Assembly: GCF_001194135.2 (NCBI RefSeq)
Contig: NC_068983.1
Span: forward strand, 79,386,354-79,450,353
Source: Octopus bimaculoides
Lineage: Eukaryota
Length of the DNA: 64,000 nt
Reading direction: 5' to 3'
Both the position numbers and the translations under genes were made by a program. Positions 1 through 13,640 of the stretch are shown piece after piece (positions within the stretch are counted from its first letter, which is position 1; every line of letters starts with the position of its first letter). The notes under the pieces are model-generated. The model searched no databases, had not been told where the DNA came from, and worked only from the letters and a program-made list of their open reading frames with translations.

Positions 1-803
1 GCCAAAGGTCATTGAGGACTGGTTTAAGGCTAAGAAAAAAACATAATAAAGAATTAATAACTTTATCTGAGATTTGTGATCTCAAAAGAGACACTTGAAA
101 AGTGAGATAACATTGAAAAAGTTTAGTGTAATGTACAGTTCAAGGTAAATTTTTTTTTTTTTTTTTGTGAATGACACGAATCATTCTCTTGGTTCTCTTT
201 TCTTTAATCTAACCTCTGAAGATCTTATGTATGAATTCAAGATAGGCAGTCTGAAGTGTGTGTATGTGTGTATGTGTGTATGTTAAGCATTGTACATTTT
301 GTAAGAAAAGATTGTAAGTTTGTAGAGGAAGGTTGAGTTAGTATCTAAGGCTGTGGTTCTCAAACACTGTTCTGTGACATGCTTGTGTACCACAAGGTAT
401 TTGTAGGGTCATGAATTTTAAAAATACCATTTTAGGTTTTAGAACTATTATTAATGTTTGGATATTGTGATGAACATATTATCCATATAACTTTGAGGTA
501 CACAAGATTATTAAACAAAATATGCAATGGTTTTCTATTTTATAAATTTTAAACTTTTATTTCAAAAAATTCAGTTTTATTTTAACTATCTATGTGAAGT
601 GTGCAAGTAATTTTAGCTTTCCATTCAAAGTGCACCATTGATTTTATCATCAATATACTACCTACACACACACACGCACACACACACGCACACACACACA
701 CACACTACCAACATGTACATAGTGGCTGAGTTCCTTTCGAGCATTAGATTTAGATGGGTTCTGAGTTGACTGAAATCATATATATATACACTANNNNNNN
801 NNN

Positions 804-842
<39 letters not shown>

Positions 843-871
843 GACCATTATTTATATATATATATATATAT

Positions 872-1248
872 AATCTTTAATTTGATGGTGGCCATGCTGG
901 ATTACCACCTCTAGTTGAACAAATCGACCCCAAGACTTAATCTTTGTTAGCCTGGTACTTATTCTATTGGTCTAGTTTGCCAAATTGCTAAATTGTGAGG
1001 ACGTAAACACACTGATATTGGTTGTCAAGCGATGGTGGAGAAACAAACACAGGCACTCACACAAATATAAACGTATATATATATATATATACAACGGGCT
1101 TCTTTCAGTTTCTGTCTGCCAAATCCACTCACAAGGCTTTGGTTGGCCTGAGGCTATAGTGGAAGACACTTGCCCAAGGTGCCATGCAGTGGGACCGAAC
1201 CCAGAACCATATGGTTGGTAAGCAAGCTACTTATCACACAGCCACTGC
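872..1248 (-). mobile_element. tRNA-derived SINE, family A head with CR1-like tail
   Basis: Reverse complement of the 3525-3910 copy: head (GTGGCTGTGTG...GGTTCGGTCCCACTGC), central (TA)n, tail ending ...CCAGCATGGCCACC. Confidence 0.8.
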
Positions 1249-1291
1249 TATGTATATATATACTACCAATACATATAAATATATATATATA

Positions 1292-1339
1292 GTAGTACCT
1301 TAGTTTTCAAACAACTCTGATTGAGAATAAATTTTGCTT

Positions 1340-1373
<34 letters not shown>

Positions 1374-1443
1374 GCGGTAGATATGGATATATATAAAGCA
1401 CGATTTATTCAAGATCAAAAGCATTCATAAACCAAGATACTAC
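1292..1443. repeat. Diverged ~55-bp inverted repeat around a (TA)n tract
   Basis: 1292-1346 aligns to the reverse complement of 1388-1443 at roughly 70% by eye. Confidence 0.6.
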
Positions 1444-1510
1444 TGTATTAAATGAATATGAGAAAGACAGGCGACTTAGTAGAATTTATTCGTATATATC
1501 ATATAACATA

Positions 1511-1860
1511 TATATTGTGCCAAAGATCCCACCAATGCCATCATGCTTCTGGACCAGTTACTGCAAAAGCCTGGGTTTCAAGTGCGCACAGCTTTTCAAT
1601 ATTCCAATATTCTCCCAAAGAGATTGAGGGACCTATACAAAGTGGATGTAGGTGTTTTCAAATTGAAACTGGACTTCTCCCTGTCAGGAATCTCAGATAA
1701 ACCTACCTCATGGCAAGAGGTACAAGTGAAGGTAGGGATATCAAACTCCCTTATTCACCAAATGCCACATATTAGAGGAGGCTCTCAATAATAACGGTGT
1801 AGCAAAACAGTGGTGCCCCAGCATGGCTGCAGCTCTGAGCTGAAACTACAAAAAACAAAA
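1511..1860 (+). mobile_element. CR1-like LINE, 3' end fragment
   Basis: Frameshifted ORF2 C-terminus (IVPKIPP...YCKSLGF / NILPKRLRDLYKVDVGVFKLKLD...SNSLIHQ), homologous to 2640-2875, followed by a 3' tail and A-rich end. Confidence 0.8.
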
Positions 1861-1888
1861 TAATATATATACTACCTATATCTACCTA

Positions 1889-1978
<90 letters not shown>

Positions 1979-1981
1979 AGC

Positions 1982-2910
1982 TATGCCTATGATACAAAAG
2001 TATTACTGACATCCTAAGACTGCAGAATGACCTGAATGCAATGTATAAATTGGCTGATGAGAATAATATGCAATCCAATGGTGAAAAATTTCAAACCCTT
2101 CACTTTCAGCCCACAAACAATCTATAGCTGTTGTACACGTCACCACCAGGCAACGTAATCCTAGAGTTAGTCGGTGCATGACCTGGGAATCCACATGAGC
2201 AACGATGCAACTTTCCATGTACATATTGCTTAGATGGCAACATTATGCAGGTGGGTAGCAGGTTGGATCCTTAGATCCTTCAGGACCAGGAACAGAGACA
2301 CAATGCTTCTGCTTTGGAGAACTTTTGTCCTCACTCATCTGGACTACTACTTTCAACTGTGGTCCCCACAGTGTGTAAAACTAATTGCAGAACTAGAAGC
2401 GATCCAACACCACTACACAGAGAAGATAGACTCAGTAAAACACATGGGCTACTGGGAGAGATTGAGGGAACTGGGACTCTACTCCCAGGAGAGGAGACGT
2501 GAGAGATATGCAGTGGTAGACATGTGGAAAATAATGGAGAGTCTGGCACCAAATTTTGGAATCGAAATTTACAACAATCCTTGAACTGGACAGCACTGCA
2601 CAGTACCAAAGGTCTCATCTCCATCGAGGATACAAACCCAATATTGTAATAGCTTGGGATTCAAGGGGCCACAACTTTTTAATGCCCTACCACAGAACGT
2701 TAAGGATCTACAAGTAGTAGACATGGAAGTCTTAAAAAAACGTCTAGACAGTTCTTTACCTGCAATTCCGGATGAAACCACATTTCAGCAGGAGGTACAA
2801 AGAAGAGCAGCAACGTCCAACTCACCAGAAGCAATACTGAAAAAATCCCCAGATGCAGTAAATGCAATGCACTAGCATGACCTCAGCATCTGGCTGAAAC
2901 CCACAAAAGA
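1982..2910 (+). mobile_element. CR1-like LINE ORF2 remnant (RT end plus C-terminal region), 5'-truncated
   Basis: YAYDTK (YADD-like), LQNDLNAMYKLADENNMQSNGEKF, LWRTFVLTHLDYYFQLWSP, YWERLRELGLYSQERRRERY, GFKGPQLFNALP; stops and frameshifts present. Confidence 0.9.
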
Positions 2911-3524
2911 TTATGTATTCAATATACTACCTAGACAAAATGACAGAGAACTGTTTTAGAAAGTGACTCATCATCTTAATCAATAGCTACAAGAGAACAA
3001 AACATTTATCTAGTAAACTTATTCAATATTAGCAGTCAAAAGGTTGTAATTAAAATAGCATTAAAGTTGTCCAAATCAGATATTAAAAATATAGCCTTCG
3101 TAGATAAAAGTATACAAGATATCGATAAACAAATTCTATGCTTTACTATGAAGTTCTCAAACTTATGCCAGCATTATGATAATGATGATTTCCACTTGGA
3201 TGCGTAAGCATTTAAGTCTGTTCTTTTTTGGGGTTTTTTTTTTTGTCAAATGATACATAGCCTAAAATTTGCAGGTTTTCTGCTAGTATGATCTTGATTT
3301 TGCTACATGCAACCGAATTGTTTGACTACTAAGAAAGAACAAATTGTTGGAAAAGATGTGGACCCCACAAGATGTAGTGTGGTGTACTCTTTAATCTTGC
3401 TGAAGATATCCTCTCAAATGTTGATGGTATGATAAAATACACTTAGTCTATGCGGTGAAGTGCATGTTGATTGAATGGCCTTCATGCTGTAAAACCTATA
3501 CCCCACAAAGAAAAATAAATAAAT

Positions 3525-3910
3525 AGGTGGAGAAGTAGCTGTGTGGTAAGAAGCTTGCTTCCCAACCACATGGTTCAGTCCCACTGTGTGGCACCTTGGG
3601 CAAGTGTCTTCTACTATAGCCTTGGGCCAACCAAAACCTTGTGAGTGGATTTGGTAGATGGAACCTGAAAGAAGCTTGTCATATATGTATGTATGTATTT
3701 CTGTGTCTGTGCTTGTCCCCCTACCATTGCTTGACAACCGATGTTAGTGTGTTTACATTCCTGTAACTTTGCTGTTCAGCAAAAGAGACCAATAGAATAA
3801 GTACTAGGCTTACAAAGAATAAATCCTGGGGTCGATTTGTTTGATTAAAGGCAGTGCTCCAGCATGGCCACAGTCAAATGACTGAAGCAAGTAAAAGAAT
3901 AAAAATAAAA
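3525..3910 (+). mobile_element. tRNA-derived SINE, family A head with CR1-like tail
   Basis: A-box-like TAGCTGTGTGG, B-box-like GGTTCAGTCCC, central TA/TG repeat, tail GTGCTCCAGCATGGCCACAG...GACTGAAGC then A-rich end; many related copies in the window. Confidence 0.85.
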
Positions 3911-5684
3911 AATATGCAACAGCCAGAATGCTAGGTTTCCTTTGTTGCTGTGTTAACTCAGAGTTTTGAGATACTGTGAAACCCACCCACCTAATGCCAG
4001 CATGGAAAGATAAATGTAAGTGGTGATGATAATGCTGATGTTGAATGATTTTCTCTGTATGATCAACTGAACAAACCTCAAAGTGTTGAATGAATTCATG
4101 TGTAAATTTATATTAGTTTACTATCATCAATCAGGAATAGTGTATTGTAATGTGATTCTTATAGTTTAGCATAGTTAACTTCTGGAACAAACTTTTTCTT
4201 CTGTTATCTTTTAAGTATGATGTTTTATCTTATGCAATCTAGAAATTGCATTGAACTGAATTAGACTCAGATGTAAATTACACAAACCTTGTCCACTATC
4301 ACACATTCTATATGCTATATATGTGTGTGTGTGTGTGTGTGTGGTTCAGAGATTTTCTATCAGATCAGAGTTCTGGTTTTCTAATTGACCAAACCCTTTG
4401 CTGGAATTGCATTTTGACATATTTCCAGATATAAGAAAACAGCTGTTCAGCTTTTAACTAACTCATTATCAGTAAAATAACTGAATGTATTTGTTGTAAT
4501 ATGATACAATGTGTTACAAATAATATTAAAAGTCAAAAGAAAGAGTTATAGGCTCATCACCTTTGAGCATGATTTAAATAATGATGATCTTGGCAATGAC
4601 TGGTTGATTCAGAAATAGAATTTTAAGTGTAAAAGTAGATCATTAACTTTAGTATATTCAATCAAAAGGCAGTGGCTATGTGATTTTTCCTTAATTAATT
4701 TCACCTTGTTGAATATCTTACTTGTCTTACATTTCTTGGAAATATTTTATTTCTCTCAGACTGCCAAAGAATTGCCTTCTTATTGCTGTTAACCTTCAAT
4801 TTTTTATTTTATTTTATTAAAAGCTTTTTTTTTTTTTTATTTCCTTACCATATGCTACTCTGCTACTCATCTGCATTTCTTGTATTAGAAAGAGAAGAAA
4901 TACATTCAAAATTACCCTATTTTTTATCCAGTGTTTTACTTATGTAACAAGTTACTGTTTCATTTTGCTATTTTATTTATGTATTTCTGAACAGCATTTA
5001 AAAAAAAAATGTGTGCTAGGTATCTTTTTTTCTTTTTTTATGTTGCTGAATGACTTAGAGAAATTTGAATAATGCTAATGATGGAACAATAGGATAAAGG
5101 AAAAGACAACAAAAAGTCTTAATGTACCTAATTCTCATGAATATTTTTAACAATAACAATGATGCAAAAAAATATTGAAGGAAAGAAATTTAGTGTGAAG
5201 AAAGACAGAAAAGCTTTCTGATGTCTATTTCGTTTTTCCCAGAGAGAAACCGTTATATTTATATTTCTTATAAGAATAATAAGAATGATATTTTACTGAT
5301 GTTGGTGGGGTTTTTTTATGTGTAAAGTTTTAGGATAACTGAAAGCAAAAATATATCCACAATCCACAACAGAGCTGTACAAAGGTTGAAGCTCTGCAAA
5401 CAGTTGGGCATGAATAGAAAAAACATTTCTATGAAGTGCAAGTGTGAAGAATAGCAAATACATATCTCTGTTAGATTAATATTTTCCAAAATATGCTTGG
5501 TCAACATAAATCAGTTGAAGGCAGTATGGTGATGCAGCTAAACTCAAATACAGTACTGGATTAGTCGAGGCCTCATGACTAGGCAAAATCTAGGTGGAAT
5601 GTTGCATTTCTTGTTCAGTATCTACAGCCTCTTTTGGCTATGAATTTTGATAATGATGGGGATATGAAATATTCAAGTATACTA

Positions 5685-6560
5685 TCATCATCAATTTTAT
5701 GCTACTTCCCCCCCCCCCACTTGCATGGGTTAAATATATTTTCTCTAGTACAGTGTCTCCCAACTTGATGCAGTCTTTTGTCACATCTTTCAAAAAATTG
5801 AATACATTGAGATCAGCTTTTACCAATTCTTCCCATATATTTCTTGGTCTTCAGGCTCCCTTCTCTACAGGTTCCCTCCTCTACAGGCTTCCTTCTCCAG
5901 ATCCATTAAAATTTCTTTATCCAAGGGTTGTCCACATCACATTCCCATACATGTACAATTTTCTCTTTTGTGCATTACATTACACTTCTTCATATCCAGT
6001 TTTACCCCCTCGCACACCTGTTCTATATTATTAAACACAACTATTACACATTGAGTGAAGCATGCTCATTGCATGTCTATCTTGCCATCTCACACTCCAC
6101 ATTCAGTATCTATATTTCACTATTTCACTGCTATGCAGTATCCTGCTTTATACAAAAAAAATCATACAGTCTGTCTTCCACTCTCATAAAGAATCCCTTT
6201 GGTGTAAACAAAGGTAGCTGATTCCTGAACATTTTCCTTCTCTATCCTCGCTCTGGTTACCATGCTTTCACAGTACCCACCTTCACTGCTAATTAAGTTA
6301 ACTCAATAACAAAAGCTGTCATCTACTTCTTCAGAGTCTCTTGGGTATTAAAAAAATTAATTTCATACATACTCTTGCTGTTAACTACTCCCATGCATCT
6401 TCAATATATGAAACTCTTTGCTGTCTGCCTGCTTCTGATTCCTCTGCATTTCCATTGCATGTACCCATAAGTTTACATAGAGTGCATACTGTAGAATTTC
6501 TGCCTCTTCCTTTTCTATATATTGTTCATGGCCATTTCCCATATAACACTAGAGTTGTGT
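5685..6560 (-). mobile_element. Decayed RTE-type LINE, 3' portion
   Basis: Minus-strand remnants DSFCY*VNLISSEGGYCESMVTRARI, RKLYMYGNVM, RPRNIWEELVKADL...DTVLEK match RTE ORF C-terminal motifs; ends in (GAT)n. Confidence 0.75.
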
Positions 6561-6699
6561 TTTTTCTATGACATTTGTCTTTGCTAGGTTTACATTTCTT
6601 TATTGACAGTTATAGTTGTATTATCATACCTTACTTTTATTTAGTCAATGACTTGATGCTAGAGCGATAATAACAATAATAATGATCATCATAATAATA

Positions 6700-6738
<39 letters not shown>

Positions 6739-7019
6739 GCCCTTTTGTTCACATACACGATCTGTAAAGAGGAAATCTGCAATCTGGGAAAACTGATAGG
6801 GTTGTGGTTTTGTGCCAGCAATAATGATAATAATCAGTCCAATGAAGTTTGTACATGCCATTCAAGTTTTAGTAACAGTGAGGTAAGTAAACTTATTGAG
6901 ACCTACAAGCTTCTTTAGATTTAAGCGGTCAGTCGTTTGACTAGTGCTATTTAATGAAATAGAGACTTGAAATATAATAATACTTGGTTTGACTAAATTA
7001 AATATGATTCATAGATTTG

Positions 7020-7250
7020 GTGTTGTTTAGCCTCCATATCTGCTCTGATTAAATGAACTCCTAGTCAAAGACTTTCTTGCCACAACCATTCTGTCTTCTT
7101 TACAAGATACATTATATCTGGGAGTACATTACCCGATGTGTCTATCTATTTTTATTTTTAAACAGTAGGATACAATTTGGGAGAGACATTTGACTACTAT
7201 TTCTAGCAGGCTCACTGACCATATGGAAGCTTGTTTGTTGGTTCAGCTAG
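7020..7250 (+). repeat. Interspersed SINE-like repeat (GTTGTTTAGCC... family)
   Basis: Related copies at ~21470, ~39200, ~42190, ~42600, ~43800 and ~53660. Confidence 0.55.
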
Positions 7251-7929
7251 ATTTGTTTTATCCCTTATTTTATATTATGGTGCTCACTACTTGTAGTGAC
7301 TGATTTTCATTTATATAAATATTGATTTTTAACTTAAGCTTAAGTTGATAATACTGAGCCCAGTATTTACCTGGAACATATTTTATTAACCGTAGATGGA
7401 AGAAAAGCAAAGTCAGTCTTAGCAAGGTTTCAACTCAGAATCTCAAGTGACTTAAGTAAACATGGTAAAGCATTCTCTTTGAACACTCTACTATTATTGC
7501 ATTGATATAAATATTATTAAAACATCTCCGTAAAACACAGAATAGTCACTACTTTGTGAGAAATAGTGATTATTTCATTGCAAGAATGAAACATGGCATG
7601 ACAGATACTAAGTATAATTATAATGGTGGTGATTATTGGCTCTAGGCTTTGGCACAATTGGTATTCTAGCAGTCTGAGTTGAAATCCTGCTGAAGTCAAC
7701 TTTGCCTTTCATTCTTTAGTGGTCAATAAATAAGGCACCATTCAAGGACTGAAATAAATTCTTTCTTTCATTCCTCTTCTCTTCCCTTTCCGATTTCAGT
7801 ACATTGCATGCTAAGAGACTCATAGAAGACATCTCACAGTGTAGCCATGAAAACAGACAGAACAACCAAATGACAATTGAAAACCATTACAAAGCTTACA
7901 AAAATATAACAAACAAAAAACATGCCTAC

Positions 7930-8450
7930 ACTCTAAGGTTGGCAATTAGAATAGGATGAGTGACACCATAGAGGCTCATTTGAGTCATTGTGGGCTTGTA
8001 GCTGTGATTGGTGAATGCAATTTTGATAATCACTACAAAATTACAGTGTTTGATTGCATGTGGATAACACTTGTATAAAGGAGATGTGAAAGGTATTGTC
8101 ATCGACATAGGAGTGTTTATTGTTAGTTATGAAAATGATAATGTAATTAACATATTACAAGAAGATTGCTGTATTGCAATAATAGGTAAATAGCTTTCAA
8201 TTTGTAATGGTGGGTAATTTCCCAGGTTTTGTAAATGGTGTTCTTTAACAGTACAGCGGTAACATTTTAGCTAACTTTAAGTATTTGAGGGTATAAGGTT
8301 GAATAGTTGATGCGCAGTAAGAATATATTAGGTGGGTTGTTTTGATTAAGCTCTGGTTAAATGTTCCAGTGGAGATTAAGAATATTATAGTAAGGCTAAG
8401 GTTATGTTTGGAGGTATCAAAAGATTGGAAAGATTTGAAAATTTTTCAGC
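7930..8450 (-). mobile_element. Highly decayed LINE RT fragment (L2/Jockey-group-like)
   Basis: Minus strand TCCTATGTCGATGACAATACC = SYVDDNT (YADD motif); similar context to the 17.5 kb and 40.5 kb fragments. Confidence 0.5.
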
Positions 8451-8920
8451 TGTAAAAAGAAAAAAAGCAGCTAGTTAGGCTTCCTCCTTTAACTTCATAA
8501 GACAATGGAGAATATTGTTGTTACTCTATAATGCCATAAATTTAATTAGGATGCACACATTTTGAAATGGTCATAAAACTCATAAATTAAGATCATATGA
8601 TGTGATAAATCTCTACTCTGTTGTGTTATAGTTTAATTGAATTTCCTTCGTTTTCTTTAAAAGGTTACATCTCACTTTCCTTTTAGTATATCTTAATCAT
8701 AAATTTAATTTCTAAAAAGGTTTTTGTCAGCATGAATAAAAATTAGGGGAACTTTTCAATGAGCTTTTTGTATGCTATCACTGGCTACAGCTTTAGTTAG
8801 CTGGTTAGATAACCAATCTTATTTAAGGTATTTAAATTTCCTCACTTTGCTATGTACTTTCACACTGGAATAATGATATCAGTTAATAATAATTTAATGG
8901 TTGAATTTTAGAAAAAGTTA

Positions 8921-9196
8921 GGTGACAGGATCGAAATGTTGTTAACTATAAAACTTCCTTTTAGATATTTTTAGCTTCCCATTGAGTTATAACCATGTTG
9001 TAATTTAAATCTATCCTCACTGCTTATTGTCTATTAATCCTGCATATCCAGAAGGACATGGTAAGTGACAGCATTGTAATGTTGGGAGTGGTAAAAACTT
9101 CATTTTGAGATATTTTTAGATCTTCATTGAGTTATAACCGTCTTGTGATTTAAAGATAACCTCATTATTTATTGTCTATTATTCTTGTGCACCCAG
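8921..9196. repeat. Diverged two-unit tandem repeat, period ~143 bp
   Basis: Shared blocks GTGACAG, AAAACTTC, AGATATTTTTAG, CATTGAGTTATAACC, TTATTGTCTATTA at 8921-9052 and 9064-9196. Confidence 0.8.
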
Positions 9197-10254
9197 TTTA
9201 CCCTCATAATCTAAAGATGAATTACATTTAGTGTTGAGATGTTTTGGTTTTAAACAAATTTAAAACTGTATTTAGTGCTAAAATTTATTTCTTCTAGAAG
9301 CTGTCAGGAGTCTTTAGAATTGCTACAAAATGGAAGATAGTAGGATTATACATTTCATTTTCAGGATGACTGCACAATATCCATTTAAATTTATTTAAGC
9401 ATCCATTCTTGTATACTGCTAGGTTTGTAATACAACATCTCAGCATGTATTACAGTTTTTGTTTCATCTTGTTCTCAAACCAGTGCATTAAAGTTTACTT
9501 ACCACTCTTCCTCTGAAATTTCTCAGCTATTAATGCATAGCACCTTTTCTCTCAATATGTATCTACTTGTACACATCATCTAGCACTCAACAATATATTT
9601 ATTTCATCTCATATGTGTTCAGCCTTTCTAATAAGTAAATGTTACACATTCAGTAGAGTATATATACCTAACTTATCTAGTCTTTGTTGGTCATTTACAG
9701 TCCATTGTCGAGGTTTTTACTACTATAAAATTACACATTTCATCCCTGTCCTTCTACGATATGAATATAGTACAAGTAGAGAAATTCATTATTTCTGATA
9801 ACAATAAAAGATTTTGAAATGTTATCTGATTAATTTATACCCTAGCTATTATTATTCCCCTAATTCTTTTCCTAATCCTATGTACATCACTCAGGTAGCA
9901 CACTTCTTAATAAGTTGTGTACTATGGAGTAATTTATTTCATATTTCATAAAACTTATTCAAGAACTCTTATTGCATTTCAAATATTTACATCTTTTCAA
10001 TGGTTCTCAGATCTTAGATTATCTATTTACTATCAAAAAATACTACAGATTGTTTCTTCAAATATTTTCCAGCTACAATGAAATCACAACAATCTGAAAC
10101 AATGTGATCAATATTTTATATGAATCTAATTTATAATGAATTGCAAATAGCGCTAGTGCCGTGATAAAATGTATCCATACAATAAAGTGCTTTCAAATAA
10201 ACAGAGAGTGTAGAATAGGATAAACTTTTTGTTCTCTTTTGAGGACATAACATC

Positions 10255-10475
10255 TCTAGTGCTGGCACCAAAATAAAATGTACCCAATACACTACTCTGC
10301 GAAAAGGTTGGTGTTAGGAAGGGTAACCAGCCATAAAAATTATGCCAGAATGGAACATATGAGTAAGATGTGGTCTGCCAACCAATAAGTCTAAATAAGA
10401 ACTGATTCAGATAGTGATGCTCTGTCCAACACATGTCAGCATGGAAAATGAAAGTAATGGTGATGATGATGATGT
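10255..10475 (+). mobile_element. SINE/RTE-type tail fragment ending in (GAT)n
   Basis: GGTTGGTGTTAGGAAGGGTAACCAGCC...CAGCATGGAAAA...(GAT)n, shared with the tails at 33985-34230 and 56630-56855. Confidence 0.6.
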
Positions 10476-12597
10476 TATTGGTGATAGTTGGGACTGTGAT
10501 AATAATTGTGGTGATGGAAATCTATTTCATATTGGAGATTTCACTTTGTTGTAGAAACTATCGCTTCTGTTACAAATTTTGTAATGCACATAAATATTGT
10601 CTGCAAATTCATGCTGGTAATGGCTGCAGCATGTATGTGATCAATGAAACCTGGCATAACAGATACTAAGTACAATTATGATGATAGTGATGATTGGCTC
10701 TAAGCTTTGGCACAATGGGTGCTCTTCGATTTGTGTCACTTTTTCTGACAAATACAATTAAGACTGGAACAATATACCATAGAATTTAGTTCCAGCTTGC
10801 CAATATAACTCTAATATTATGTTTGAATATTTTATTCCTATTTCTTACTGGTGATTTACCACAGAGTAATTGCATTGTGTAATCAGTAGATATTACAATT
10901 AATGTGAGTCAGTTTTTAAGTTCCATGTTGAAAAAAACTGTTGGCATTTCACCATTTTACTTTGTTTTATTGCAAGTAAAAAGAGCCCAAAACAAAACAA
11001 AATATAAAATGACAAGTTTTGGGGGATTATTGTCATTAATGTATTCTTATGACAACTTTTTGCTTACAAAGGCCAGAGAGAGAGAAAAAAAGAAAACGAA
11101 GAAATGACTATGTTAAAAAAAATAGATAGCCATTAAAACTACAAAGTTATTATATGTAAATGAATTTAAATCAACTAATATAAATCCTTACTGAACATCA
11201 GCTTTAAAATTTGATCAGAGATATTGATCAGTAAATATTTAAAAGATATGCAAATAGAAAACTATTTAAAGATGCAGTTACATACTGAATCAGTTCAGAC
11301 TGAAAAATAAGGCAGTCAAAAGTTAAAACTCCAGACCATATTTAGTTCACTGATTTTTATTAAATATTGAAGACGAAGAATAACACTTCAATTTTTATTG
11401 TTGGTCATAGTTGTTGCTGTGATACAGATTCTTCGAACATTGCAGCTAATAAATTCTAGTTTCTCTTTTAATTGGTATATAGGATTTAATAAAATACAAT
11501 AAATATTATGTTTGATTTTGTTTACAAAAGCTGGAAAGTTATTAAAATAAAATCGAATTTTGACATACGTATCGTGGAATTGTGATAAAATGAGCATAGC
11601 TGTACAACAGAAGAATAGTTTGATTAAAGAACTAAGGGAATCAGTATTTTAGCAGAATGTCATGAAAAACATTACAAAAAGAACTGTTGCATTGTGAACA
11701 TGATACCTGTAGCTATATAGTTGGAAATTCAATTTGCGAGACTATTGATAGGCTGAAGAAATTTTAATATAACTGATTAAATTGTAGGAAAGTATCTTAG
11801 AGGAATGGAAAAATTGGGTTCCTGTCAAACGAATTTTCTGATGTGAAAGCATTTGAAATGTTTAGTTATTTTTTCATTTAAAATTGTGCATGTATAGCTG
11901 CATGTGCATGTATGCCTAAATATATGCATATATTGTTTACTATTAAGTCTGTGTAAATAATATACATAAATCTGTGGGTATCATAGTCAGAATATCTCTA
12001 GTTCTATTGACTGAATTAAATAATGTTTCCGACAAAAAATAAATAGAACATTACTAAAAAAGGGGTAATATATTATTTGAAGGAATGACACCCATACACA
12101 TTAAATATAATTAATACAGACTAACTTTCATAAATGCATGCATATGCACACACATAGATGTAAGCATATATGTACCATAAGTATATACATATAAACATAT
12201 ATTTTGTATACACTGCTCAGTTGCACTACAACTTGTTGGAAAATATTAAAAGAGGGGACAGAAAGCAGCCATATAAGTCAAGTAAAGAAAGACAGCAATG
12301 AAAGCTATAAGTACATGTACAATACACAGAATAAAGCACAAAATGACAGAAAGACATAAAAGTACTATAAAGAGGAAAGGGTGCTTAGGCACACCAGGAA
12401 TAGTGTTGGAAAATTTTGGGAAGCATGGAATCTTTGAAGGAAAGTAGTGGAGATGGGCAATGGTAAAGGATATTGATAAATGATGATAATGAGTCTTTTT
12501 TGAAGAAGAGGAAATGATGGTTAGCAGTACAGAATGGTGATAATAGGGGTCACAAATAGATCTAATCTGATCCAACCCTTTGTTACATATGCCTTAT

Positions 12598-12636
<39 letters not shown>

Positions 12637-13084
12637 GATAAGGATGTTGAGAGATGAGAAATGAATACAAACATATTATGCCATCCCTAGTAACTTGGGT
12701 ACCATGATATGAAGAATGGGAGAGAAGATGGAGACTATTGATGAAACAAGACTCAGCAGCAGATGTAGACTCAACAAGCAACATAATGGCTGAGAAACTC
12801 AAATGTTGATATATTATACATTCCAGCCGCTCTCACTACCATTATACATACATACACATACATACGCACACATATTAGCATCCTCATTACTAAGACAATA
12901 TTCTAAGGCCAGATGTCCTTCCTGTTACTAGCCCTTGTTTTTTAAGTAAACTATTTTCAATTTCTCTGTTATTTTTTTAACTTGAGGCCACCAAGCTACA
13001 TGGGCCTATATTTTATGAGACATAAACATGGACACCATTTTTGCTCTTACAGTGGTAAAGAAAAGACATGCTAAAATATTTTCC

Positions 13085-13468
13085 CATAGTCACACACATA
13101 GAGTTTTTTATACAGTTTCTGTCAATCAAATTTTACTCATGAAGTATTGATAGTATTGATAAGCTGGAAGCTGTTGTAGAAGACTCTTGCCCAAAGTACC
13201 ATTCTGTATGATGGAATCCCAGAGTACAAGCTTGCGAAGTGAACTTTTTATCCCAGTATCCATGCCTGCACCTCATATCTTTTAGTTGTTTCAGTCATTA
13301 GACTGCGGCCATGCTGGGGCACCACCTTGAGGAATTTTAGTCAAACTAATTGACCACAACAGTTATCTTCTTCTTAAGCTGGTATTTAGTGTATCAGTCT
13401 TTTTTGCTGAACTGCTAAGTTACAGGGACATAAACACACCAACACAAGTTGTCAAGCAATTCTGGGAG

Positions 13469-13514
<46 letters not shown>

Positions 13515-13640
13515 TGGTCTTCTTTTAGTTTCCATCTAGCATATCCACTCACCAAACTTTGAGTACCACACAGTGGGACTGAACCCAGAACCTTGTAGTT
13601 GGGAAGCAAACTCCTTCCCACACAGTCACAGTCATTCCTC
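13085..13640 (-). mobile_element. Two adjacent family A SINE copies
   Basis: Head-only copy at ~13085-13270 and a full copy at ~13280-13640 with central (CA)n and tail GTGGTGCCCCAGCATGGCCGCAG on the minus strand. Confidence 0.75.
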
